From an uncultured bacterium (lineage in GTDB: Bacteria; Patescibacteriota; Minisyncoccia; Phycocordibacterales; PALSA-1337), in NCBI GenBank assembly GCA_903872035.1, contig CAIQIZ010000028.1, positions 24,038 through 88,037 on the forward strand: a DNA stretch of 64,000 nucleotides, in the 5' to 3' direction. Under the pieces are notes generated by a model. That model worked only from the letters and a program-made list of their open reading frames with translations, was not told the DNA's origin and ran no database searches. This document shows positions 56,374-64,000 of the stretch, one piece after another. A program made the position numbers and the translations under genes. Each line of letters begins with the position of its first letter. Positions within the stretch are counted from its first letter, which is position 1.

Positions 56374-56503
56374 CAAGTTTCGTGAGAACATGTCACTTCT
56401 CGAGACACGGAGAAATTCTGCAGAATTTCTCCTAGTCCTCGACGATTTCTTGCTAGAAATCATCTGCGGAGTCTCTCGAAATGACATGTTCGCACGAAAC
56501 TTG
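56374..56503. promoter_or_regulatory. Large multi-hairpin structured element upstream of rny
   Basis: An imperfect outer stem of about 33 bp (56374-56406 with 56471-56503) encloses a perfect 24-nt palindrome GGAGAAATTCTGCAGAATTTCTCC at 56409-56432 and the hairpin GATTTCT-TGCT-AGAAATC. Confidence 0.35.
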
Positions 56504-56580
56504 TCGCTTGAATGGACAATAAGGTAATAAAAATGGCGACCCGCGGGGAGGTGCGGTGCGCCTGACGAACAATGTACTGA

Positions 56581-56946
56581 TTACCTGCTATTGGCAGACC
56601 AGAAGCTCTGATGGTCGGCACCTCTTACGACGATCGGTTTGTTGGGCATTGAAAGAAGAATGCCGACCAAAGCATCAGCCTCGTGGCGATTGGCGGAGTG
56701 GACGACTATGTAAGGCGCTTTCGCGTAAGCCATCAACGTGTGTGATATTGTTTGATGATGGCCCACGAGGATCGTGCCGCGTAGGATGCCATCTATCAAG
56801 TCGTCGCGACCAGGTATTTCGTCTAGTCTCTTCCTTAGGAAAGTTCTAACTATATCCTTCTTCTGTTCCGTTTCTTCTCCAAAACCAATAAAATGCAATT
56901 CCAGCATAGGTATCCTCTCATTCGTTTGGTTGACTGACCTTGCCAA
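56581..56946 (-). CDS. Hypothetical protein
   Basis: 121 aa, no recognised motif. Confidence 0.4.
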   Translation of the reverse strand: MARSVNQTNERIPMLELHFIGFGEETEQKKDIVRTFLRKRLDEIPGRDDLIDGILRGTILVGHHQTISHTLMAYAKAPYIVVHSANRHEADALVGILLSMPNKPIVVRGADHQSFWSANSR

Positions 56947-57054
56947 AAACTAACATTTAATGTATATTGTGTCAATAACGAGCGACGAACCGATATGGTA
57001 CAGTAATCGTACAGATATTAGTTTAATTCAGAATAATTAATTCCAATCAATACC

Positions 57055-57639
57055 ATGCTTATACCAACCGTCATTGAGAAGTCTTCATTCGGCGAACGTG
57101 CCTACGATATCTATTCACGCCTCCTTAAAGAGAATCTTATTTTCTTGGGTGGACCGATAGACGATCATGTAGCTAACCTTATCATCGCTCAACTTCTATT
57201 TTTGCAGTCGGAAGATTCAAAGAAGGATATTTCGCTTTACATCAATTCTCCGGGCGGGTCAGTAACAGCGACCATGGCGATCATAGATACTATGCAGCAT
57301 ATCAAGAACGAGATTTCGACAGTCTGTGTCGGTATCGCCGCTTCTGGTGCGGCCTTAGTCCTCTCAGCTGGAACCAAAGGAAAGCGCAGAGCATTGCCGA
57401 ATGCTGAGGTCATGATCCATCAACCACTCGGAGGTGCAGAGGGTCAGGCTTCAGATATCGAGATTAGCGCAAAGCATATCCTGAAGACCCGCGCGATCCT
57501 AAATAAGATGTTGGCCAAGCATACCGGACAGCCGCTCTCACGTATCGAGAAGGACGTCGATCGTGACTTCTTCATGGATGCAGACGAAGCCAAGAAGTAT
57601 GGGATCATTGACGAAGTTGTAATTGGGAAGAAGATCTAG
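57055..57639 (+). CDS. clpP: ATP-dependent Clp protease proteolytic subunit
   Basis: Catalytic Ser/His/Asp context (GAASGAA, HQPLGG). Confidence 0.9.
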   Translation: MLIPTVIEKSSFGERAYDIYSRLLKENLIFLGGPIDDHVANLIIAQLLFLQSEDSKKDISLYINSPGGSVTATMAIIDTMQHIKNEISTVCVGIAASGAALVLSAGTKGKRRALPNAEVMIHQPLGGAEGQASDIEISAKHILKTRAILNKMLAKHTGQPLSRIEKDVDRDFFMDADEAKKYGIIDEVVIGKKI

Positions 57640-57704
57640 ATAATGGTCAATGAATAATGCTTAATGACTAATGTGCGGCTATCGAAGACAGTGATACAAC
57701 AAAT

Positions 57705-58457
57705 ATGAGACTTCATCGGTTCTACGTAAATCAGGAAATTGGAAATCAAACCGAACTCACGATCAACTCGGCTGAACTTGTTAATCAGGTTCGCCGGGTT
57801 TTTCGTTTGAAGCCGGGCGACTCGATCATCGTCTTCAATGGAACAGGGATCGACTACGAATGCAAGATTGACAATTACGGAGAGAAGAATACTATAATTA
57901 GCGATAGTGTTATCCGTCTCCTAGTCGCGAGTTCTAGTCCAAGTCGATTTATTCCGAAGAATAAATTGTTTTTATGCACAGCAATCGTTAAGAAAGATAC
58001 ATTCGAATGGATAACGGAGAAGGCGACTGAACTGGGGGTGACTGGCATTATTCCCATAGCTGCAGAGCGGAGCGAAAAGAAATCGCTGAACGAAGAGCGG
58101 CTACGGAAGATCGCCATCGAGGCCAGCGAACAGTCGGGACGCGGCACTACTCCTATGGTCTATTCGATCATGGGACCGGGGGAGGCGGTTGCACTTCTAA
58201 AAAAAGAAAAATCAGAAATTAAAATAGTGGCGTTTCACACGGAAGGGGAACTGTTTCGTAAGTCGGAAATCTTTGGAAAGTCGACTGATGTGGGGACGCT
58301 GGCGGTTTTCATAGGCCCAGAAGGCGGCTGGTCTCCGAGTGAGATAGAGATGTTTCACAAGCTAAACATCCCAGTCCGATGTCTTGGTTCGCAGGTTTTA
58401 CGTACAGAAACAGCCGTTATTGCTGCCCTCTCGCAGGTGGTGTTCGATAGTAAATAG
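57705..58457 (+). CDS. rsmE: 16S rRNA m3U1498 methyltransferase
   Basis: MRLHRFYV N-terminus, SPOUT fold pattern. Confidence 0.75.
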   Translation: MRLHRFYVNQEIGNQTELTINSAELVNQVRRVFRLKPGDSIIVFNGTGIDYECKIDNYGEKNTIISDSVIRLLVASSSPSRFIPKNKLFLCTAIVKKDTFEWITEKATELGVTGIIPIAAERSEKKSLNEERLRKIAIEASEQSGRGTTPMVYSIMGPGEAVALLKKEKSEIKIVAFHTEGELFRKSEIFGKSTDVGTLAVFIGPEGGWSPSEIEMFHKLNIPVRCLGSQVLRTETAVIAALSQVVFDSK

Positions 58458-58481
58458 ATTTCATTCTCAAATTGTTTCACA

Positions 58482-59138
58482 TCAGCCTATCTTGATTCCC
58501 AAGACTTGCAGAACGTAGACGGATTGAGAATAGTCTATAGTTGTCCCCCTCAACTGCTCGATACCTATCCTTGCACCTTCTAGTTTTGAACCGCTCAGGT
58601 CGACGTTCTTGAATTTAGTTTGTGAAAACTCGGCATTGGTCAGGTCACAACTATTGAAAGAAACATTCTCCAATTCTGCGCCAAGGAAATCAGCTTCAGA
58701 CAAAATACAATTGTCAAAAATAACTTTGGTAAGTTTACAGAAACGAAAGTTGGCCAGATTTGCTTTACAGTTACGAAAAGTTACGTCAGTCAATTTTCCA
58801 TTGGAAACTCTCCACCCAGTAAGTCTTGCATCAACGATCTCGACTCTATGAAGTTGGGCGCTATCGAATAGGGCATTGGCGAAACTTGAATGTTTCACGA
58901 TGACGTCGATTAGCGAAGCTCCTTTAGCCTTGGCTGCGTCACATTTGGCATTTTCAATTATCGTTGATTCGATTTTAGCGTCCGTGAAATCAAAATCGCC
59001 CACATTCAAATCTTTGATGTGGAGCGATTCTATATCTGACAGATTTCTAATTTCTCCTCCTACCGCATCCCCGATCTGGTCTCGGTGGATGATCGGCAAT
59101 CTCGGCTTTGAACCTTTCGATTTTTGACTATTCGACAT
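58482..59138 (-). CDS. Pentapeptide-repeat protein
   Basis: Repeated A(D/N)LxxA-type pentapeptides across most of the protein. Confidence 0.75.
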   Translation of the reverse strand: MSNSQKSKGSKPRLPIIHRDQIGDAVGGEIRNLSDIESLHIKDLNVGDFDFTDAKIESTIIENAKCDAAKAKGASLIDVIVKHSSFANALFDSAQLHRVEIVDARLTGWRVSNGKLTDVTFRNCKANLANFRFCKLTKVIFDNCILSEADFLGAELENVSFNSCDLTNAEFSQTKFKNVDLSGSKLEGARIGIEQLRGTTIDYSQSVYVLQVLGIKIG

Positions 59139-59142
59139 TCAA

Positions 59143-60315
59143 TTATTTTCCACTTTCCAAAAACTGGAATACTTTCTCGTTAGTCAAAACAGTTTCAGCA
59201 TACACAGCTGCTCTTTCGCGATCGGCTTCTTTGTAGTGTTCGACGATATGATCTACTTCGGCCTCAATCTCTTTCTGATCAGGCTGGATCTTCTCGGTAA
59301 CAGCTATCGAATTTAAGATCAATTGAAGCTTGGCTTTTTTCTCCGCATGTGGTCTCCATTCTTTGCGGATCTCCTCAAGCGACTTTTTGGCATGTTTCAA
59401 GTAATCTTCCATCTTCACGCCCATACGTTCGATGTCTTGTTCGAATTGCACTTGAGTCCGATTGAGTTCGGTTTCGATCATGATATCGGGTAATTCGATT
59501 TTGGTCGCTTCTGTGATAGCGTCAGCGATACGTAGACGAGATTTTTCCCTGGCTTCATCTTTCTTGTTCTCGCCGATCATGACGCGGACTTTCTTTTTGA
59601 AGTCTTCAATATCCGTAAAGTCGCTGCCCAAACCGCGGACGAATTCGTCATTGAATTCTGGTAACGAATCCATGATAGCCTTCTCATGTTCCTCGGCAGA
59701 CATTTTTGCGTGGTCATGACCTTCATGGGAGGCACGGGATTTGCGCAGTCGAAGTATAGCCTCGTCTACATCCTTGTCAGTCACTTCCAATTCTTTCGGT
59801 GCAGATTTCTTCACGGCCTGTGCAGCCAGCTTCTTGTAATCCGGAAGCTTTACGTCCGGGATTATGGATGTAGTGGCTTTGAATTCTAGAGGATTGCCGC
59901 TGGCTAGCTTGGTGATGGTCACTTGTGGCTTGCCTATAGCATCGATCTTGTTCTCAATGAGAATCTCTACGTATGCTCGCGAAAGCGCCATCTCGGCCAT
60001 TTCTTCATTTACTGCCGCCTCTCCGACTTTGGCAACTAAGACGTTCTCCGGGATCATGCCTTTGCGGAAGCCGTCTATCGTTATAGACTCATTGATATTC
60101 TTTATTGCTTCCTTGCGGTATTTTTCCCAGGTCTCTGAGGGGATGGTCCCAACGATCTCAACTTTGGATCCGTCGAGTTTATTAATAGTTGCCGAGCTGA
60201 AGGACTTGTTAGATGCCGCTTGAGCTGCGGTGGGAGCGGTGGGCGTATTGGCCGGCTCCTGTGGATTTGAGTTGGTCATGAAAAGCAGTCTACAAGAAGA
60301 AGGGGTAAGGAGCAA
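59143..60315 (-). CDS. tig: Trigger factor (N-terminal ribosome-binding and C-terminal chaperone domains; PPIase domain apparently absent)
   Basis: GFRKGMIPENV signature. N-terminal extension; the start may be MTNSNPQE at 60279. Confidence 0.7.
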   Translation of the reverse strand: MLLTPSSCRLLFMTNSNPQEPANTPTAPTAAQAASNKSFSSATINKLDGSKVEIVGTIPSETWEKYRKEAIKNINESITIDGFRKGMIPENVLVAKVGEAAVNEEMAEMALSRAYVEILIENKIDAIGKPQVTITKLASGNPLEFKATTSIIPDVKLPDYKKLAAQAVKKSAPKELEVTDKDVDEAILRLRKSRASHEGHDHAKMSAEEHEKAIMDSLPEFNDEFVRGLGSDFTDIEDFKKKVRVMIGENKKDEAREKSRLRIADAITEATKIELPDIMIETELNRTQVQFEQDIERMGVKMEDYLKHAKKSLEEIRKEWRPHAEKKAKLQLILNSIAVTEKIQPDQKEIEAEVDHIVEHYKEADRERAAVYAETVLTNEKVFQFLESGK

Positions 60316-60422
60316 GCAGGGCGGAGCAAGGAGCGAGGAGGAATAACTACGAAAAAAAGAGAGCCAAATGACCCTCCTTTTAATTTGCGATTCTCCTTGC
60401 TTCTTACTCCTTGTTTCCTGCC

Positions 60423-60767
60423 TTAGAAATTCTGTTGATCCAATCCCTTTGTCGAAGCATTTAGGTCTGATTGCAGGGAAGCTGGGTCATCAGCCTTATT
60501 GGTCACCGGTTGGACCGAGGTAGGTGTTTCAACTGGTGCATTCATGGCGGTAGCGGGAGAGTCGCTTGGAACAGCCTCGGTATTCATCCGTGAAGCAATG
60601 AAATACAGTACGGCGATGATCAGTATAAGAACGATGACCAGGGTCGTGACTATAGGCCCGACTTTCTTTGGAGTCTTAACGGATACAGTTGGATTCATCG
60701 AAGTAATAGGCGCGACGGCTGGTGTCGGTGGTGTGACGATTGTAGGGTTTTGTCTATTTGGTTCCAT
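60423..60767 (-). CDS. Small bitopic membrane protein
   Basis: Single TM helix, Pro/Thr-rich. Confidence 0.4.
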   Translation of the reverse strand: MEPNRQNPTIVTPPTPAVAPITSMNPTVSVKTPKKVGPIVTTLVIVLILIIAVLYFIASRMNTEAVPSDSPATAMNAPVETPTSVQPVTNKADDPASLQSDLNASTKGLDQQNF

Positions 60768-60794
60768 GCTATTTGTTATTAGATTTTAATAATA

Positions 60795-61748
60795 TTAAGG
60801 GGTACTTGTGGCTGTTGTAGTAGATGTTGTTGAATTCGTGCTTGTGGCAGTAATCGTTCCGTCTTGGCCGACTTTGAATCCCATGGAATGAGCAATAGCT
60901 ACTACAACATCATTCAGGGCTTTTTTAGCATCGCCGATGGCCTTTATGGCAGCTGCGCCGACTTGGCGGGGCTTACCCAGATCGATAGAACTGGATGTTG
61001 TGGAAGCTGTGTCTGTCGTCGAGGCGGTGATGGGCTTGAGATTGGTTAGGGTGTCGATGGCGGTTTTAGCAGCGGCTAGCTTGGCATCCGCTGTGATGAG
61101 CAAGGCTTTGGCGTTCGTCATGTCCCTTCCGTTTGTTTCAGCTTTGGTAATACGTTCGGCGATGCGTCCTCGAACTTGGCTCAAGTTGGTCAAGGCTTGA
61201 TTTAATTGGGAGATCAGATGATTCTTCTGCTGGTCGTAAATATCCTTACGGACTTTTGGCAGGTTTTTTGTCGCTTGGTCGCCACGATCGGTTGTAGAAG
61301 CATTAGGCCGTTGTTCGATCGTACCATGACCGTTTCCAAGGACGGGGCCTCTATTCGGCTTGCCTATACCTTCAGTAGGTCCGCGTCTGTCGGTTGTGCT
61401 GGCAGTTGTGCTGGCCAAACCCCTTCTAAGTTTATCGCCATTAATTGGTCCAGGATGATAACCTGTAGTGGTTGAAGATGTTGTTGAAGCCAGTCTCATA
61501 AAGTGCGTTCCCAGGGCATTGTTCCTGATATTTTGGTTGTTCTTGATGTTCTCATCCCTCGCCTTTAGATTATTGACTATACGGTCGCGCATAGTGCCTA
61601 CGCCTGGAGTTCCTGGCCCGTTGTCCAGTGAAGCACCGATGCCAGTAGCAGCGCCGGTGTCCATGAGCGTCTGGGAATGACTCACCGCCGGAATGGCGAG
61701 TATGAGCGCCAAAGCGGTAATTCCGTAGAAATAATGAGATATTTTCAT
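60795..61748 (-). CDS. Secreted protein with ASTT-type repeats
   Basis: Signal peptide; repeated ASTT(S/A)STT motifs. Confidence 0.45.
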   Translation of the reverse strand: MKISHYFYGITALALILAIPAVSHSQTLMDTGAATGIGASLDNGPGTPGVGTMRDRIVNNLKARDENIKNNQNIRNNALGTHFMRLASTTSSTTTGYHPGPINGDKLRRGLASTTASTTDRRGPTEGIGKPNRGPVLGNGHGTIEQRPNASTTDRGDQATKNLPKVRKDIYDQQKNHLISQLNQALTNLSQVRGRIAERITKAETNGRDMTNAKALLITADAKLAAAKTAIDTLTNLKPITASTTDTASTTSSSIDLGKPRQVGAAAIKAIGDAKKALNDVVVAIAHSMGFKVGQDGTITATSTNSTTSTTTATSTP

Positions 61749-61883
61749 AGTTCAGTTAGAAATTATGTAGATTAAGCCACGCTTGGTGGTGGCGTCAATT
61801 ATAGCATAGCGATAGAAAAAGCCTCTGGGAGTTGGCTGACCAGCAACCTGATCATGTAGTTTGTAGAAGTTCCGAGGTTTTTC

Positions 61884-63320
61884 TTATTTATTAAACATTC
61901 CCAAAAGCATTTGCCAGATAGAAGACGGTGAATCCCAGGCCTGTATCACATTAGCGGAATTCGGAGAAGTTGTAGGACTTGGTCTGGAAGTTGTCGTTGG
62001 GGTAGGTTGTGTTGAAGCTGTCGGAGTTGGTGAGACTGGTGCGGAAGCTGTTGGCGTGGTTGCCGGTTTAACTACCGGGGACGTGTTTAGAGTTGGGGTC
62101 GGATTTGGTAACTGGGAAAATGTTGAACCGGACCTATAGTATATTGGTGCTGAGGTTTGCGTTGGAATAGGTGTGTATGAAGGTAGCGGGTTTGAAGATG
62201 TGGTTACGTATGGAGAGTAGGTTGGAGTTGGCGACGAAGTGGACTGAGCTTTGAGATCACTCTTGTAACGAGCCATAGCCGCCACTGTTGATGGTCCGTA
62301 ATATCCAGTGTTATTATCTATTCCCAAATATCCCATTTGAATCAAATAATTCTGCAAAGTGACAATATCAGATCCAGTAGAACCTGGCACGAGAAAGAAT
62401 AGATTCGTTGGAATTTGAGTAAATGTGGTTCTGGCTTGTTGATTCGAAACTGGAGATGCTGTTGGTGTGGGGGATGAAGTTTGGTTCGGAGTCGATGTTG
62501 TTATGGGAATTTGCTGGATAGGAACTATCGGTAAAGGCGTGGAAAAAGCCGGGGTAGTAGTCGTTTCTACTGATATAACATAAGCAGTGTATTGGTAACT
62601 TTGTTTATCTGCACTGGGGGTGATATCTACCGTTGTCCCCCCTTTCATTATTATGTAGAAATTATCAGATAAAGCACTTTTTCCATTAATCAAGAACGAG
62701 ACGTTTGATTGACTTATGTAATTGCCTGAAGCTATGTCCTCTCCTTTTCCGTTGAATGTAAATTTAATCAAGAAATTTTGAGCTGGATCAAGATCGGCGA
62801 ACAGCCTAATCCGAGTATCGGCGTCAGTGGTGTGCTTCTGGATCGTCATATTATCAGGATTTGATATGGGATAATAAATAAGGTGTTCGTGTCGGTAATT
62901 ATCAATACCAAATGGTGGGACCGGATAGGTCCTAGGTGCCGGTGCCTTAGCGCCTGTATATATGGTGCTCGCTTCTCCATTCTGAATCGGAGGCCAAGGT
63001 TCTTTTGGATAGGTTGTGTTCGTAGAAACAGTTGAAATTCCATATCTCTTGATGTAATCATCCCCATACAAAGTATTGCTACTACCAGTCCCGCCGTCTT
63101 GTTCAGTCCATTTTTGTTTTTGCGTGATTGAATTTTGTATGATGACGCAAGGATTGGCGTTTGGTTGACACGTCGTCCAAGTCTTATCGGTACTAGTGAA
63201 GTATGTTGGAATGATCTGGGGTCCGGTATATGTTTGGGCGGAAGAACTATAAGGATGTGATAGCAAAAAAACAATCGTGCTGAGAATCAGTGCGCTAGGG
63301 AGAGAGAAGTGTATTTTCAT
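61884..63320 (-). CDS. Secreted protein with PG_binding_1-like domain and Pro/Thr-rich C-terminal tail
   Basis: Probable start MKIHFSLPSALILSTIVFLLS at 63320, which has a signal peptide, so the listed ORF is likely over-extended. PG-binding motif SDIVTLQNYLIQMGYLG...GPSTVAAMARYK. Confidence 0.5.
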   Translation of the reverse strand: MKIHFSLPSALILSTIVFLLSHPYSSSAQTYTGPQIIPTYFTSTDKTWTTCQPNANPCVIIQNSITQKQKWTEQDGGTGSSNTLYGDDYIKRYGISTVSTNTTYPKEPWPPIQNGEASTIYTGAKAPAPRTYPVPPFGIDNYRHEHLIYYPISNPDNMTIQKHTTDADTRIRLFADLDPAQNFLIKFTFNGKGEDIASGNYISQSNVSFLINGKSALSDNFYIIMKGGTTVDITPSADKQSYQYTAYVISVETTTTPAFSTPLPIVPIQQIPITTSTPNQTSSPTPTASPVSNQQARTTFTQIPTNLFFLVPGSTGSDIVTLQNYLIQMGYLGIDNNTGYYGPSTVAAMARYKSDLKAQSTSSPTPTYSPYVTTSSNPLPSYTPIPTQTSAPIYYRSGSTFSQLPNPTPTLNTSPVVKPATTPTASAPVSPTPTASTQPTPTTTSRPSPTTSPNSANVIQAWDSPSSIWQMLLGMFNK

Positions 63321-63415
63321 TTTTTGAGCATAAGCTAATAATTCTTGAGCATATTTTACCATGTTTCTGGCAAGTGGGTAATTATGAAAGCTTCGTAGGT
63401 TGATTGAAGGCGAAA

Positions 63416-63465
63416 GAAATCCTGCTGTTTGAGCGCTGTGGGCCAGCGGCAAACGGCAGGATTTC
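63416..63465 (+). repeat. Family-1 palindromic element, copy F
   Basis: GAAATCCTGCTGTTTGAGCGCTGTGGGCCAGCGGCAAACGGCAGGATTTC; 5' flank GAAGGCGAAAG as in copy C. Confidence 0.7.
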
Positions 63466-63487
63466 TAGAGCCTTTAGTAAGTTTTGA

Positions 63488-64000
63488 TTATTTGATAAGG
63501 AAAGCGACGATGAGCAACGCCACGATGTTCAATATCTTGATCATCGGATTGATGGCCGGACCGGCAGTGTCCTTGTAAGGATCTCCGACGGTATCGCCAG
63601 TAACAGCAGCTTTGTGAGCGTCTGAACCCTTACCGCCATGAGCACCTCCTTCGATGTGTTTCTTGGCATTGTCCCAAGCTCCGCCACCGGAAGTCATGGA
63701 GATGGCCACGAATAAGCCGGTGACTATGGAACCGACAAGCAAGCCGCCGAGAGCGACAGGACCGAGGATGAAGCCGACTACTATTGGCGCAAGTACTGGA
63801 ATGAGTGCTGGCAGGATCATTTCTTTGATAGCGGCTGAAGTGACGATGTCTACACAGCGAGCGTAATCAGGCTTGGCAGTGCCTTGCATGATGCCTTTGA
63901 TCTCGCGGAATTGGCGGCGAACTTCCTCGACGACTTTACCAGCGGCTTTGCCAACAGCTTCCATGGAAAGGGCGGCGAAGTAATAGGGGAGAAGGCCTCC
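63488..64000 (-). CDS. hppA: Membrane-bound H+-translocating pyrophosphatase, C-terminal part (5'-partial; continues past the window end)
   Basis: [21 protein letters not shown] signature; the frame is open to position 64000. Confidence 0.8.
   Translation of the reverse strand, partial: GGLLPYYFAALSMEAVGKAAGKVVEEVRRQFREIKGIMQGTAKPDYARCVDIVTSAAIKEMILPALIPVLAPIVVGFILGPVALGGLLVGSIVTGLFVAISMTSGGGAWDNAKKHIEGGAHGGKGSDAHKAAVTGDTVGDPYKDTAGPAINPMIKILNIVALLIVAFLIK

Noticed and set aside
62000-62250. Degenerate tandem nucleotide repeats
   Set aside because: They encode the Pro/Thr-rich tail of the secreted protein. Not a CRISPR or non-coding array.
1-64000. CRISPR arrays, rRNA genes, prophage or integron structures
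   Set aside because: No regularly spaced direct repeats, no rRNA signatures, no phage structural or integrase cluster. The xerC/D-like recombinase sits among housekeeping genes.

Overview
The window reads as a reduced-genome, peptidoglycan-containing bacterial chromosome, plausibly a Patescibacteria/CPR (Saccharibacteria-like) lineage; that taxonomic guess is inference only. Genes are small and tightly packed, standard genetic code, with many secreted or cell-wall-binding proteins. It covers the replication-origin neighbourhood: dnaA-dnaN and the divergent rpmH-rnpA-yidC cluster. Housekeeping genes recognised from the translations are holA, polA, tsaE, pilB/gspE, ruvB, yebC, ruvC, a class A PBP, pcrA/uvrD, rsmA, yifB/comM, pnp, rpsO, xerC/D, xthA, cca, clpP, rsmE, tig, rny, hup and a partial H+-PPase. 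A roughly 12.6 kb minus-strand block (19.3-31.9 kb) encodes a Gram-positive-type type IV secretion / conjugative-pilus-like apparatus: a PrgI/VirB3-like protein, a VirB4 ATPase preceded by a separate VirB4 N-domain-like ORF, a VirB6-like polytopic membrane protein, a VirB2/TrbC-like pilin with a long Q/N/T-rich tail, and several large secreted proteins. Four tRNAs are present (Arg-TCG, Gly-GCC, Pro-TGG, Gly-TCC), none with an encoded CCA, and a cca gene lies beside them. There is also an HTH-Doc toxin-antitoxin pair with palindromic operators and a SWIB-domain protein. Four things not explained by protein genes stand out. (1) A family of at least six palindromic extragenic elements shares the invariant apex CTGTGGGCCAG and shows compensatory (covarying) stem changes between copies. 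(2) A second family of about 90-nt modules sits immediately 5' of genes, including the T4SS operon; each carries a conserved tandem-repeat box, a structurally conserved but sequence-variable hairpin, and a -10 TATAAT 8-9 nt before the ATG, so leaderless transcripts and a possible regulon. (3) Purine-rich GGAGCAAG-type repeats recur inside and beside coding regions in both orientations. (4) Two large multi-hairpin noncoding structures lie upstream of ruvB and of rny. No CRISPR array, rRNA or obvious integrated prophage was seen. All functional calls come from motif recognition by eye; no database search was run.
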